Below are positions 14,422-29,400 of a stretch of DNA of 64,000 bases, one piece after another (within the stretch, counting starts at the first letter, position 1; every line of letters starts with the position of its first letter). The notes beneath the pieces are model-generated. The model saw nothing but the letters and a program-made list of their open reading frames with translations. It was not told the DNA's origin and ran no database searches. Location: contig CM082595.2 of assembly GCA_040954595.2 (NCBI GenBank), positions 5,110,137-5,174,136 on the forward strand, written 5' to 3'. Made by a program: the position numbers and the translations under genes. The stretch comes from Balanoglossus misakiensis. Taxonomy: Eukaryota; Animalia; Hemichordata.

Positions 14422-17400
14422 TTTAAAGTGGTGAATTATTTATTTTCCTAGATAGTGGCAGATTTTTTTGTCTGAAAACCTAAAAGTTGAATTGTCTTAC
14501 TGTTGTCTGTTGAACCAAACGCACCCTCTTGATAGTATTTTACAAGGCAACCACAACATCAGTCAGATTGAGTTTCATCAGCTCCGTGGAAAAATCCTCA
14601 TCCCAGAGGTGGAGTTTCAGAAGATGGAAACCCCGGACTGCGTGATATTTTTTTTTTATTTTAGAGTTGTATCAGAGTCGATACAAAAAGAGAGAGTCGT
14701 TGATTAAGCATTAATCTAGTCTGGGAAATTTCCCAGGTGGCTGCCAACACACTCACAAGACCCTCCATTTTCCATCAGCGTCCTGATTGCTTTTCAGATC
14801 CAACTCCGCAAAAAGCCTTTGATAAAAGGAAGTATCTGTACATAGGAAATAGAAAACACGAGATGACTTAATCTTTAAGATGTTTTAATTTGCGAGCCAG
14901 TGAGTTTATAGACAACGATGAGTGGTCTGCCGTGCATCTGAATTTGCTCGAGGACTTGCGAGAATCCGTTTCAAGGAGATTTCTGTTCTGTTTGCTTTAT
15001 TTCTGCGTTTGACTCCTGAGCACTTGACAGAGCGACTCTAAGGGAAAAAGTCCTCGGTCTTTGATGCTCGTTTGGGTGAAATTTGTGTAAAATTGTATAC
15101 ATTTTTCCGCTCACTAAAACACCATACAAGATTATTGGTTCTCAGTCATCATTGCAACAATCAACTGTCGTAGAAATTTAAAAATTTTGACAAAATTCCA
15201 CATTTTTTAAAAAATTGTGAAAATATTTGAACTACGTGAATAATATTTTCAAGAATAGTTTTAAAACTGCCAACAGCTGTATAGAAATCAAAAATTTACT
15301 GAGATTTTACAAAAAAATCAAATATTTAAATATTTGTGCGGTGTGATGAAATTCTTGCCAAACTCACAGGTTTAGTTTAACATAAAACTTTAATTTTGAA
15401 AATGGATATTAGTCTTAGGCAAAAGTGCTTTGAAGTGATTATAGAGGGAGCAGAATTCTTGATAAAATTATTGTCATAATGACTCGCTGCTGAAGCCTGT
15501 GGGCAAATCACGGATGATGGATACTGTACCATTTGAACAATAAATTTAATCAGTGGAAAAATTCACTACAAATTCATAAGTGACAACTTTTAACAAATAT
15601 TTATATCAGTTTTAGGGGTATATTTAATATTTACATGCGCACACTACAGGGAAGAATGTTTAAACGAAAAGGGAAAATGGAATTTTTTTTCCCGGCATTT
15701 TCTTTTCCTATGACTGGCATTGCTGAACACAAGATTAATTCCATAGCCCTAATTTTGAAATATTTCTTTGAGTGGGGTCGGAGGTCAAATCTCCTAATGC
15801 TCCGACTCCAAACAGATAGTAATATGAATAATGTCACTATTGTTCCCTTATTACCCATAAATGAGCATTATATGAAAAGGATTTTGCAAGCGAAGATTTT
15901 TGAAATCCAAAATAATAGAAAAATAATGAAAATGTATGAGTACTGTGGGGAGTCAGGGAGCTCCAAATTTGGGTTTATTTTCATTTCTTTGTGCGAGCGT
16001 TTGTACCGTGAGAGCAAACCTCAGTATGGGGTGCTGGCGACCGCGAAGAGTTCAACTCGGTGAAAATGGTGGCACAATAAACGCGCACAAAGGAACAGCG
16101 CTGGTTTTTCTTTCATTGTGACAGAGTTATTCGGCGCAAATGAACATCACCACAACACATGAGTGAACATCCAGTCTCGCGCCGCTAAAAATCCCCGCTC
16201 TTAGAAATAGAGTTTCTATCTTAAACCAATTTCCTGTGTTTCAAATTTTGGTTTGTGCTGTGATATTAAATGTACACTTGAATGACATGTTAGCTGACTC
16301 CTAACCTCTTCTTTACAGACAGAATCCCAAAGACAGTCACGGAGAAAATCTATGCAATTTGAGCGATACAAAAAAAGACACGCGTAGACTGACAATCAGA
16401 GACGCACTTTCACACGTACAAAACCTGTCTACACGACAAGTTGATCACATAGAATGATAAAAAGGAAAAGCCCTTTCTGACAAGAAATTGCCACAAAGTT
16501 TCAAGGTTTTTGTTACTCTTTGCAACATGTTGCATGTGTCATTAATAATTTGGCTACATTGTTGCAAATAATTAACTCTACCTAAAGAAATTGCTACAAA
16601 AAATTTGCATCAATCCGGGTAGTTTATTTCGAAAATAAATTTACATCCGACTTTTGTAAACCAGAGTGTCAGAACACTGTTCAAATCATGTCTTCATGCA
16701 TTTTGAACAAATGTTTGTGGTTTCTGTGGACAGAAAAATTTGGTCAGGTTTGATGTATTTGTTGAAATACTTAATGTATGTATTGCTACTTGTTAGTGTT
16801 GTATAAATAATGGGTGAAGTTTGTCCATTGAGTGTAGAATATTAATAATGTGTTGATAGCAAGTATAAACCAAAAGTCAACATTTTTATTCTGAAAATGT
16901 CTTAGACTTTATATTAGCTAACTCAAGTTAATTTGATATTAGAATAAATATTAATTTTTGGATTATAATCCTCATTATCTTTGACTTTTCACCCCTTGTC
17001 ATGGGTTTTCGTTTTTTTCGTATCTTAGATTTTTTTTCTGATATGAATCCAATAGTTTCACCAAGCATTGATTCACTAGGAAAAGTTATTATGACTCTCA
17101 GCGTATGATGGTCGTTTCTAGCCATTAGGATAAAGAGGAGATCGGACCAAAGAGTTTTCGGGGAGAATTCCATTAATCAAGTGTGCTTTTTTTTGTGTGT
17201 GTGATTCTGTCGTAACCAGGCAGAGCAACGTGGCGATGACACAGCGTCTCCCGGGCAAAAAGAGCTCGGGAGATAATTTGCCATCTCCGCGAACATTAAT
17301 CAAGTATAATTACGGGTGGAACAAAGAGGAGGCAGGACGCGCACGTCTTGGGGGTGATTGATGAGGGGAGGATGGATGTTGTCAGGTACGGGAGGAAACG

Positions 17401-20400
17401 CACAAAATGGCCGAGATACGACATATTTTATCGGGTTGATTTTGCAAAACGTCTGGAGTTTGTCGTTAAAAAGTCCGCGATTGTTTCGGCCGCAAATGAT
17501 CAGATAATTAACGGGTCCAAATGACCAAAAAAAAAAAAGACGGGAGATGCAGTCGGCAGCTGCTTCTTCTTTGTTCATATACAATGGCCGACGCTTGAAT
17601 GGAGGAGACTATGGTTAACAGATTAGGGGGTCCGGTATTAAGCAGATGTTCTCGGCGATCTCTTTTCTTTTCTTGTTTTCTTTCTTTCTTTTTTTCTTCC
17701 AAAAAAAAGACTTGAAACTGTTGCATCTGCTGTCGCTGGATCTCTTTGAAAGTTTCTGTGGAAATTCAGAAGACGTGGTCAACTTAATTTGCCCGTCGTG
17801 TGTCTGTGATCGTGATTTTGGTGCAAATTCCTCAACAAAACATGTGACGGTTCCAAAGATGGACCATAAGAGTTATAAACCTGAAATGTGATGAGAGTTT
17901 ACTAGTAGCGTTAGAGATTTTTACTGTTCTTTTATTCAAACGGTTGATTTTAATCCTGTCCGTAGCTTGGAAGTTCGGTCATTGTTTGGTAGAGAGGGGA
18001 GACATGCATTGCTCATTCTCTTATATGTCTGTCTTCAGCTCCATTGCTAGCAGGCAGATGGTCCTTTTGTAGCACGGACAAGGCATTTCTGCGGGGAGAT
18101 AAATCAGGAGTCTTATCCTAGGGTCAAGCCTTTCAGAAACAGATTAACCCGACAATGGCCGTCCATGAATACTGTCTCAAAGTGAAGACTCCTTTCTCCT
18201 TTCTCTCCTCCGTTCCTTTTATTTGTGTATTTCGGAGGGGTGATCCACCATCTGTGTGGAGAGCTCCCCCTCCTCCTCCTCCGGTTATTGTGGCGGCCCC
18301 GGTCGGAGGACAAAGACGCTGTGAGAGGCCTTGGGATTGTTTACGCCAAGTCGAACAATGGTGCGGGGGGAACAGTTGGAGGAAGGGGGGGGGGCTTTTA
18401 TGAATGAGACCGCATCTTGTTGAATGTGTTGGAAGCCCACGTCTTCGATGATAACTGTAGGGTGTCCTTACAGGGACATGACAAGTGTTTTGTTGGGTTT
18501 TAATGGGCTTGACAGATGCAAGCCTGGCTTTCTCTTGTTAGGGTCCCATTAATGGTGAGCCGTCCGTGACATTACCCCCCCCCCCCCTCTTCCGCGTCCA
18601 GACATATTCATATCACACCCAAACATCTGCAAACACCAGCATCATGAATGTAAAGAGAAAAAAAAATCATTGTCAGATCTGCTAATGGGACAAAGTCACT
18701 TTTCATGCTGTAAAAAAATTGCCATTATTCTGAAATTAATCGAGAGTCTAATCACTAGGAACAGTCAGATAAGAAAATTACCCATAAATTTGAAATTGAG
18801 AAGAAAAACTTTATTGTACTTTCAGTCGAACAATGAAACATCCCCTTTCTTTGATTTTTAACTGTCGGCGGCAAGGCAGTCTTTAATATTCGACCGTTTC
18901 ATGGAATCACAAGAATTTTCCATGATGAGAAATTTGTAAATTCATGGGTTCTTGAAACATTTGGAATTACGTTAATTAAAAGTTGTGACCAAGTTTCTAG
19001 ATTAGACAGGTTTTGGTTACACTTTGGTTTAGTCTCCTTCAACTTATTTTAGAGAAACTTTCTCTAGTCTGGGCCCTTTGGGAGTAAATTCTGATGTCTG
19101 ACGCTAAATAAAGCGAAAAATTGCAAGCACAGATAACAAAAACCAACAGGGCGGTTAATCAAGCTTTGATCCAGTATCGGCAGGTGAACAAAAAGAATAC
19201 GTTTATCGTAACACCTGAAGACGACCCAGACAAATTGATCCCCTAAGGGTAGTCGGCCGAGATCGTCTTCTGAACCACAACAGATCAATCTTGACAAAAA
19301 ACAGAACATCTTCCCTCGTCCTGAACAGCCCGAGTACTTTAAAGACACAATATATTGTCAGTTGGCCAAACACCTACAAATTTTCCCCCTCTTAATTGTA
19401 GCAAAAGTGCCAACTATTTTCCCTACAGGCATGTCTGACGCTGAAAAAAAGAAAAGTTTGTTCTGTCAAGTTGTGAGATTTTGTGTTTCGGTTGAAAAGA
19501 TACACGTAGTTCAAGAGAAGCGTACGACAGGTGTGAAGCAGAGACAAGAAAAGGACTTTATTTCTGGAGGATCGGAGACAAAACTGTACTGTCTATTCGT
19601 TGAGCTCAGACTCGTTTAGTTTTGATTCATTCGAGTCGACAAGAGACGTTGAAGTGAGCAAGGAATCTTCACACATTACTGCGGGCTATTAACACTTATC
19701 CCATGTTGCAATATACCATTATCTGCCACTGAATCATCCTGTACTCCCTAGCTCCCCAGAGATGAATAATTAATGGAGATAAATAGCCCGGGTTAGGGGG
19801 TCCCCTGACAGCCATTTGAAGCCGATACGACGGCCGTTATCGGGCTCATCGCGACGTTATCGGGCACATCTCTGCCGGTTTAAAGTGTTTGAGTTATTTA
19901 GATTGTAGGAGGGGAAAATAAAAGAGATAGTCAAGTCGGTGATTCCACTTAACCGGGGAAGATTGAGTCAATCAAATCCCCTCGCTGCTGGTAATGAAAT
20001 TGAAGGAAATGGTATGGTTTTGCTAACAAGTGTTTTTCACCGTAATTGACTGTAACGTTCAGATGTGGACGGATTTCTAAATTAGCCGGCATTCAAAAGA
20101 GGGCTTTCAACGTTGGCTTTTCCTATTTCCCCAAGCTTTTGCAAGTATTCTGGTTTGTCAAAAGAAAACTATATCACAATTTTAACTTAAAGGATGTTTC
20201 TGAATAAATTGTTTAGATGTTTCGGAGTATTTTTAATTACTGAAAAATGACAAATTTTTGAACCAAAATTTGTGACATGTAAAAACCAATCAGCAAGTCA
20301 GTGTCAGTTAATGAGCAGTTAATTTCATCTACAAATATTGAGTTTGTATTATCGTTGAAATAACTCACCAGTGAACAGGATATGATTGAGAGTTAATTAA

Positions 20401-20871
20401 CTTTAATTAGGTTTTACTAATCTGGGGCAGGGTGTTTAACGATGAGGCTAAATTAATGACATCATGATCAAATTAGTGTCCTTGGAATGAGGGCAGAGAT
20501 AATATTAAAATTGAAATTGTCATACTTTATGGACAAATTAGCAGAAACTCATCAAGATTATACCAATTACCTTTTCTCAAACCTTTATTTCAGTTATCAA
20601 TTATTGTAATTAAAATTTTCAGGCATTAAACTTGGTGAAAGTATGTGCATTCGCGCAAAAGTGCCGTTTTTGTCATGATGAACAGTTTAATTACTATGAT
20701 CTGTACGGCAGAGAGTGTCGATGGCATCCTTCTAATGTTGCGTTCTCTGGGATGTTTCACCAAGTTTCTGTACGAAGCTAAGATAATGTGATTTTTCATG
20801 TGATGGCGAAACAAAAAGTGGTGTTACGCCCTCTTCAGAAGGAATTACACTGGCAGTTTAATGATCATTAA

Positions 20872-22803
20872 AGAGCATATCTTGCCTTTTTAAATCTTAT
20901 CAGAAGGTTAAAAAATGTTCAAAAGAAATATACTATTTTCCAAAAGTGACAATATTTTTCGGGTATCGATTTCTATAATATTTGTTTTGTTCTCATAAAA
21001 TGCTTCAAAATCCACCCCGTCCTGAAAAGTCCGAGTTCAGATTTGCTGCATTTTGGTCACGTGACGTGACGTCACAAGAGGAACCGGTCAGGTAGACCAG
21101 CTTTAGCGATGCTCACAGGTGTCATACGGTGTTTTCGTGCTTTTCTGTGTAATACCACAATGGGGAAAGGAGTTGTTTGCCGTGGTTGCAGCAACACATT
21201 ACCTAGACGGGAGTCACCCGTGTGAGTTCCACAAAAACGAATGAAAGTCTATGCCACGATCATCAACATCGTACGGTGGATATGAAGCCGGCGCGGCACC
21301 GGTGACGGCCGCGGCCGTAACTGTCAATGCATGACCGTTGAACCATGGTTGAACGATAATCGGCCAGGTTCGAATCACGAGAAGACAATCCCCACCCATA
21401 CAGGAAAATAGAAGCCTGTCAGCAGGAGAGGTCGACCAACAGATCGTTTATGCCCGGTATTGGTGTTCATACAATGTTCCAGCGACCGCGATTTACACAG
21501 TACTGTAGACAAGTAGTAGTAGGTGAACTGGCAGGATGCGTAAACACAATTTTGCGTTGGCCGACATCATGTTGAGATTGTTTATTATTATTCACGCTTC
21601 CGTCTGGCTAACCGGTACCCAGTGACCGCAAACTACGATAATTAAGGTTGACAGCAATCGATGTAAAAACTTGAACGTTCAAAATATTACCGTTACTATT
21701 TCACGTTTTTTTTCAGTCGTACCTTTGTATGGCTTCGGCTGAATGGTCGCCATCTTTCTTTTCTAATTTCTTTGTTTACAAGTTTTACGTCGCGCTATGT
21801 CCGACTCATCGGCTCCAAAACACACTGTACAAATTTTGAAACAAAATATGTTGAATAAATTTTGCCTCGTGTGAGTGAAAACTGTTTCCAAACTTAGATA
21901 TTCGTGTGTATCAATGAAAATGTTTCATGCTTTGTGAGCGTGAGTGGGTCGGCCTGGCATGATCGCCTGTTGCTGTTGGTTGTATGGTTTCATTTTGTTA
22001 TAATGCAGTATGAAGCATGTCAAGGTACTTCCATGATTACAGCGACAAGTCATAAATGTTTCTGTTTGTCATCACCAAAAAGGCATAGCTTACATGTAAT
22101 TCAAAAGACAGAATTTTAGTGCTGGTAGTAAATATACATCGCGGCGCGATATGTGTCATCGCTGCCGATCGGCGCTGATGGAGTTCCCTTGACCTTGTAC
22201 AATAACACACGCGTATTTTGTCAAAAGACCACGATCAGTTATCAATAAGTTGACATTGTCCAAGATAAGTAGATTTAGTCCCAACACTCTAGACCTAAAC
22301 CTCTGGGCAATATTCGACGGTTTAATCGAGGCAGCAATCATTGTATGTGTAAGCTTAAGGTGCCTATACACATCCGCTGCCATTGCATGTTGTGTACTGC
22401 TTGCAATGCGAAGCCGTAGCCTAACCGGGCCGAGTTTTTTTTTTCATAATCGCATCTCCCCTAGATGATAAGGTAGACATATGTACGTTTATTTTGAAGG
22501 GTACGGGGGATACAGAGTTGTACCCAGGCTGACACAGCAAAGCCGTTTAGATCACAGGCATGTATGGTTGCAATTCAACCACTGCAATGTACAGTGCTAA
22601 GTCTGTTGCAAACGTAAATGGTTCCTCTTGTGACGTCACGGAAATGGGCGTGGCCAAAACAGAACTTTTTTCTCAGGCCCTGAACATTTTTAAATTTAAC
22701 ATTTATTTATCCACATGAAATAAGTAAAAGGACACCAGCATTTAACACACAAGCCCAATTATTATTTATCCTCAAAAGTGTGTTTCGAGGTAAGATAGGC
22801 TCT
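20872..22803 (+). mobile_element. Non-autonomous Kolobok-like DNA transposon with a decayed THAP-domain remnant
   Basis: TTAA on both sides (20868-20871, 22804-22807). TIR agagcatatcttgcct / aggtaagataggctct (14/16) with AG termini. Subterminal IR gtgacgtcacaagaggaac at ~21066 and ~22621. Frameshifted MGKGVVCRGCSNT/YLDG near 21160 resembles a THAP N-terminus. Confidence 0.8.
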
Positions 22804-25800
22804 TTAAGTTTTATCGTCAGTGGCCCCATGCTGAGTTGAAAAGTAGTTTGGAGTCCCCAGAACATGAGCATATGTTTATGTCAGTAAAATACACTGATTG
22901 CGCCCATCATGGTGTAATTCATCACAGACTTCATTGTTTGAGTAATATTATGGGATATATCCTGTCTGTCTGTTTTTATGATTATTGTCCAAATAGTACG
23001 AAATACGAACAATGTAAGGTTGGGTAGCATTTTTTTATGAGATACCAAAAAGTCTATCATCGGTTGCTCTTCAAAACTGAGCACCGGATGTGAAATAAAC
23101 AATATAGTATGGATATCTATATCACCCATAGCAACCATAGATGCAGAATTCTGGGTACAGTAATTAAAGGGACAATATAGCAAATATATGAAATTATTTT
23201 GGTTATTTTTGTGTCTTAATATTTATGATTTTCGCTGTCTGAAATATGCTGAATCACCTGCAATTGTCATAGCTCACCTTACACTCTCTACATGGTTGAA
23301 CATGTATATCCACCTGTAATTTTTGGTCAGTACCAAAAATTACATTGTATTTAATTTAGTTTTGAAATATGGCAATAACACAATTAAGCTATGGCAACCT
23401 GTGATTAGGCATTTTTCAGTAAGCAAAAAACATGAACAGGCTATCTAAAGAACTAAAATAATCAAAAATGTCTAATATCGAAATTAGTGACTTTGAAATG
23501 TTAATTATAGTGAGGTCAATCAAATTACTGGAACACAGTGCTTTTTGTTCTCCCTGGTTGAAAACGGTTGTAGCCTCCATTCAAGCAATTAGATGAAACT
23601 AGCCCAATCAAATGAAAGGTTGATATCATAAAGTGTAATTTTGTGGTTAGGTGTCATTATTCCTAGTGGCTGCGTTAGACAATTTACAATTACAGATGAA
23701 CAACCTGGCAATGTGGACGGCGAAACCATTCTCTGTGACTTTTTTGGAACCGTGCAAACAGGTTTGCCTTCTTACTAGTATGTTATGGTTTTTTTGAAAG
23801 AAATTGACAAAAATTAGATTTTGTTTCCAAAAGGTGGTATGAAAAGAGCAGACGACCCGAAGGCATTAATTGTAATTATTGATGGCAGCACTGTCACCGT
23901 TGACAACTCCAATATTTTGATGTGTTTAGATTCAACACGGAAAGATTTTTTTGTTTGCTGTGTCAATATAAACTAACAACTTCACAAATGTAGGTTGTCT
24001 GCATTGAACACTTGTAGAACCTGCCGCAGAATTCGCCCAGAAAACAGGTGGTTGTTCCTCTCAAAGTCAAGTGCAAGAGGTGTGGTGGTGCGTTAATATG
24101 TTAATTAAGCTGAAATATTCATCACAGTGTAATTATGCAAAATGGATGTAATTACCCATTGGGAAAATACAGAGTTGTGTTTAAAATAGATTGCTTTTAA
24201 ATTTCTGATTGTAAAAGATGGGATTCAGCCTGCTATTTTTGTGAAAGTCTAGCCGTGATGTGATAGCATTGGGTTTAATCGCTTCAACTGATAACGAGAG
24301 ATAATTTTTGCCTTCCGAACTTTTACTGTCATTCTGTGATAACTCTCAGACATTTTGCCTGCTCTGTGATTTATGTTTCGCATCGAGGATATGCATAGCT
24401 TCTTTTGTACCCACCACCTGAAATCCACATTTTAATGGCCCTAATATCTCATGATGAATTATCATCAGCGAAAGCCTTTTGACGTTACTTAATTATCGGA
24501 TTGTGTGCGAGAGAAACATAAAATTTTCAAAATGGGTCATCACCGACATGAGTTATTATCTCAGCTGCCCTCATCGTGGTAATGTGTTGTTCATTTTTCA
24601 GAGTTTGGTTTAATCGATGTGATAGAGAGACAAGGTAGGGCATTATAATTGGTGTCGTTTTAATAAAATTGCTGGGGTTAAAGGTCATCGTTAATCATGG
24701 GTCCGTATCTATCATGTCGCTCATTGGACAGTGCACTCTGCCACTGACATTTGCGCGACAATTTTTGAATCTTCAATTCGGTGATGAGTCACTTCACAAT
24801 AAAATTTCTGTTTAATTATTTTTTTTATGCTGGCTTTTCGTGCGCAATTCTTGTTCGTTCTGTCGTGTTTGGATAACCGTGACCTCATGCTGTGGATCGC
24901 ATCCCTGAAATGAGAGAGAAAGTTGGAGCTGTGATCTTCTGGATGAATAATTGACAGGAGACGTCAGACGGTTGTCATGGCAATGCATCAAAATTTGATA
25001 GTCAACAGTTGAAAGTATTTGCTTTCTTCGTGGTGACTGTTAATAATTAATGGCAATTTATAACTTTTTTGTGACCGACAGGGTTGTAAAACAGTTAGGA
25101 ATAGATTGTTGATAATTGGACAAAAGTTTTTTCAACCTACAACCATTTTTTCACCATTTTTGTCATTTTCTGACAAATTTTTGTACAAAAAAATTCTGGA
25201 AGTGGGTTAAAAACTGATGTGACGATCATTTTTTCCACTGATATCATGTAATCACATTTACCGGGAAATGAGAATTTTCGCTCCCCCCCATCCAATTTAT
25301 TTTATTATCCACGCAAAGTAACCTGCTGTAAGTACTATGGATGTTCCCTTTCCCTGACTGTGACAAGTCGTACAACGGAACCGAGATCCGGGAGATTGAT
25401 TACATCGATCTAGTGACTTCTTCAGGCCAAAGTTAACTCCGCTAACCCGTGTGTTTTCTCCGCGGTTGTTTTTTACCGTGAAGCAAACGAAGACCATTAC
25501 ACGGTGACATGTGGGGTTAACAGTGTTTTGAGAGCTCAGATTGACTGTATAGACAACAACCCTCCCGGAGGACTCGTAAAATACTGAATGAAGATAGACT
25601 AATAAATTTTTCTCGAAATTGCTTTCTGACAATTAGGCTGGAAAGTAGAGTATAATGTTGTCGAGGGGGTTTCATAACTCTTTCTTCATCGCCTTGTGCT
25701 TTCGATGCTCGCGTGCTTGTCTCATGTTTCTTGATCGTTGGTTTTATTTGCGACGGTGTTTTTCGAGTGAAAGTTGTGTCAAGCCCTGCTGGCTGACTGT

Positions 25801-26324
25801 CAAGCTAGCAATGCTGATGGACTTGGGGTTTTAGCAGTGAGTTTAATTGTTTGTAGTTAGCGGTTTGGTCCGCCTGATTGCCGTGGTAACATTAGGAGGT
25901 ACCCTGTGAAAAAGAGGGTTGAGGAGCTGAAGTATGGGGGATGGGGAAAGAGTCAAGAGATGATGAAGAAGGGAGGATGTAGTGTTTAGGAGGGGATCAA
26001 AGCAGGCAGTGTAGAACATGCAGTGATATTAAGAAATGATGGAAACTCATTATTAGCTGTGTCTCTCTGTCTTGCTCAGAAAAGCCTGTTACTTTTAAGT
26101 GTGTGTGGTGTAATGGAGCCAGATTGAATTTTGCGTGATAAAGATGATATGTGAAGTCAAATTGATGGATGGGTGGGTTAAAGTATGGACAAATGGATGG
26201 TATTGTTAAGTGGAAAGTTAGCATCACGAAATGACAGTGCATGAGAGTGTGCCGACGTCTGGCAATGTCATTATGATTGATAGAGAGATAGGCATTTAGG
26301 TTTACACACGCACAGTGTATTGAC

Positions 26325-26428
26325 AGAGAGATAGATAGATAGAAAGATAGATAGATTGATTGATTGATTGATTGATTGATAAATTGATTGACTGATAGAG
26401 TGACTGACTGATCAACTGATGAATGAAT
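26325..26428. repeat. Compound (GATA)n/(GATT)n/(GACT)n microsatellite
   Basis: Read directly. Confidence 0.9.
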
Positions 26429-29400
26429 ACGTGGGATCAGTGATAGTGTCGACACTTGACGCTTAACAACTTAAACCTTGAAGCGAAAATCAAATTAAGT
26501 TTAAGTCGCCCCACTATCTGTGTGTTAAGTGTTCACGATTTGACGCACTTCAAGTCATGTTTACATTAGAGAGCCGAAAAAATCAAATTAAGCATCGTCT
26601 GTGCCGTCTTTCAAGCGTCATCAGAACTACCGTGATCCTTCATTCCAAATGAGTTACTTGTTTGTTGATTAATTACTCCTTTCAAAACTACAGCCTTAAC
26701 TCTGTATATTTGGTATAAAAACACACTTTTATGGCATTATTCAAATTTAAAATTAAAAAAAATCATTGATCACTACACAGATGTCTACATTAGGCTACCA
26801 ATGATTCTAAGACATCATTTTGGATTTTACAGGGTTTGAAAATTCTCTCCCCCCCCCCCCCCTCCGATTCATCTTGATAATTCCTCCAAAATGTGAATGG
26901 ATAACTAAAACTCTGACAGAGATGGCCGTCCGTGTGAATGGAATGATGGGAACCTGCTGTAGCAGAGATCGATCGTTCTCTGAACTGGTTACAAAGAGAG
27001 CAACGCGAAAGGATGATGTTTGTGATCATCCGTTGTGGGAGCGTTTGATCGTCCTCGCGTCTCGCAGCTAGTACCGTGGTAGTTTAACTGCTCCGAGAGG
27101 AGGAGGTCCTCTCGTAAACTCGCAGTCATCGGTGGCTGTGCCAGGGAAAGTCGGGGAGAGAGATTTACGTTTATGGCCGAGTCGTATGCAGCAGATGCCA
27201 TCACCAGGGAATCTTTCCTCCATCCATTTTTTTTTTTCGCGGGACAGAACAGTGCCGTTAACGACACTGACGAGAACGTCGGCCATTTTCCTCCCCTGTT
27301 AATTTATTTTAATGTTGAAAGAGTAAGAGAACGAACTAGAGAGACAAATGCCCCCTATTTTGAGAAAGTGTGGCAGTATAGCAATTTAGAAAACCATTTT
27401 GTGATCACTGATCACGGGTACGGCTGCTATTCTCATCAGCACAGGAAGTGAATTATTTTATGACCTTATTCTTCAATTTATCAATTTCCGATATAACAAA
27501 ATTTATTCAAAGTCCTGTTATGGTTTTCATTATATTAGGTGAATAATATGGCGGGGAAAGTACTGTAATATGAATCGAAATGATATTATGACTAAAAGCA
27601 ATTTCATACTGCATTTTAAAAATTGTATTTGCATTGTGATGGTAATTTGAAGAGGTGTACGCTACAAATGTGGACTGATGAAATAGATTTTTAAATTGTT
27701 TTCAAAAATTGTGCCGTTTTGGCAGAATTATTAGCCTGATATGAGGAGAATGCTGATATTCAAATAAATTTTCCATAACTGGAACTGAGGGGTGCTGCTG
27801 TTGTGTCAAAGGTCAAAATGTCAAAGGTTAAAAAGTTTACAATGGCTAACACAGATATGTCATGTGACGCATGGTCTGGAAAAGTCCTGGATAAATCACA
27901 TTATTTTACTCCCCACATAGCCCTGAAATATTGATTTTCTTGTTAATGTTCGCGACAAAAATTATCTGTATCTTCAACCTCAAAAACTCCAGGAGAAAAA
28001 TGGAAAAAGTCCAGAATTTTTGACTGACTACTCTGGTGACATATCAGTGGCTGGCCAGCAGGTGATACGCCATGTTAATGCAAATTAGCCGAAGTTGATC
28101 CAAGCGTATCCGCTCGCCACATTGTGCGAGGCCGTCATCTCTTTTAATAAGACTATCATATTAAAATAGGATGCGTGATGCCGTGAAATTTTCTAACAAG
28201 ATTATATGAACTCACTGACATGTAATCAACGTGTTTGATTTAATTCAGTTTTCAGGACACCCTATTTCAAATTATAATTTGAAGTATCAGATTTCTTGTC
28301 TGGAAGTGTTTTATTGATCTTGTCTTCAGTTGGGTTTTTTTTTTTGACGTCCGCGCGAGAATAGAGGAGGTAAATTGATTGCCAGTGTATGCTTCAATTG
28401 AAAACCACCACTTCAATAAAAAATAGATCACATTTCCCGCAACAAGATAGATTTTATATAATCAACACCGCAAAATGAAAAAAAGAAACCTCGGTTATTG
28501 ATTAGATCCCATCGTAATAAAAACATCAGCATCATCGGGGGCGAGGAAGGTTTGGTAAATGGACGTGACACGGGGCAAATTTGAAGTGAGGGATGACAGC
28601 GTATTGCCAGTTAAGCAATAACAGGTTTGCGTAGTTGGAGCCATGTTTGTGCAGTCCTGGTTTGTGGTGTCTTTCCTCAGCTTATAGATAGCTTTAATTC
28701 TCACGTTTTTTCGTCCTCGTGAATTTTTGACATTGATAGAAAAATTATATATTTTTTTTTACTATGTTGAGTGCGAGAACTGTCCACACTGAGCTTATAA
28801 AGGTGACCGTCACAGAACTATGTCAAAAAATGCTACTTGACATTTTTGGGGGTTCGCGATAGTAATTGTAAACAAATGCTCAATTATCCGCATAAAAATG
28901 GCACATTTCAAAAATGCCAAATGTCAGAAAGTCAACACCGCTGCCTGTTACCCCCTAATTAAACCTGCCACCCCTGTTTGGGTTGGAATCAGTCGACCCG
29001 GGTCATCCAGGACACAAGGTTGTCTGGTGGAAAGTAATATGGTTAGAGGGGGGTGGCCAGAGTATTGAATAAACATTCGCATGTGATCGTTCGGGCCAAG
29101 CCCGTGTCGTATTGATTGGAGAAGTGGGTTTACATCAGGGTCTGTGTGCATAGAGTAGTGCTCACAAAGAAAGAAAGAGACCTGTTATTCTTTGAAATGG
29201 AAGATCCTTGTATGATCTGAAGTGCTTGTAATGTTTGTGTCCAAATAAACCAGAGTTCTCGTGTTTATTTGGGTTTAGGCAGACCCCGTTTGATGGTGGG
29301 ATGTCTGCCCAGGGGGATATGATAGTTTTGTACCAGTTGTACAGTTTCAGCCTGGACCGGTTGTCCTGAAAGGTGTCCGTCCTGAAAGGTGTCTGAGACA

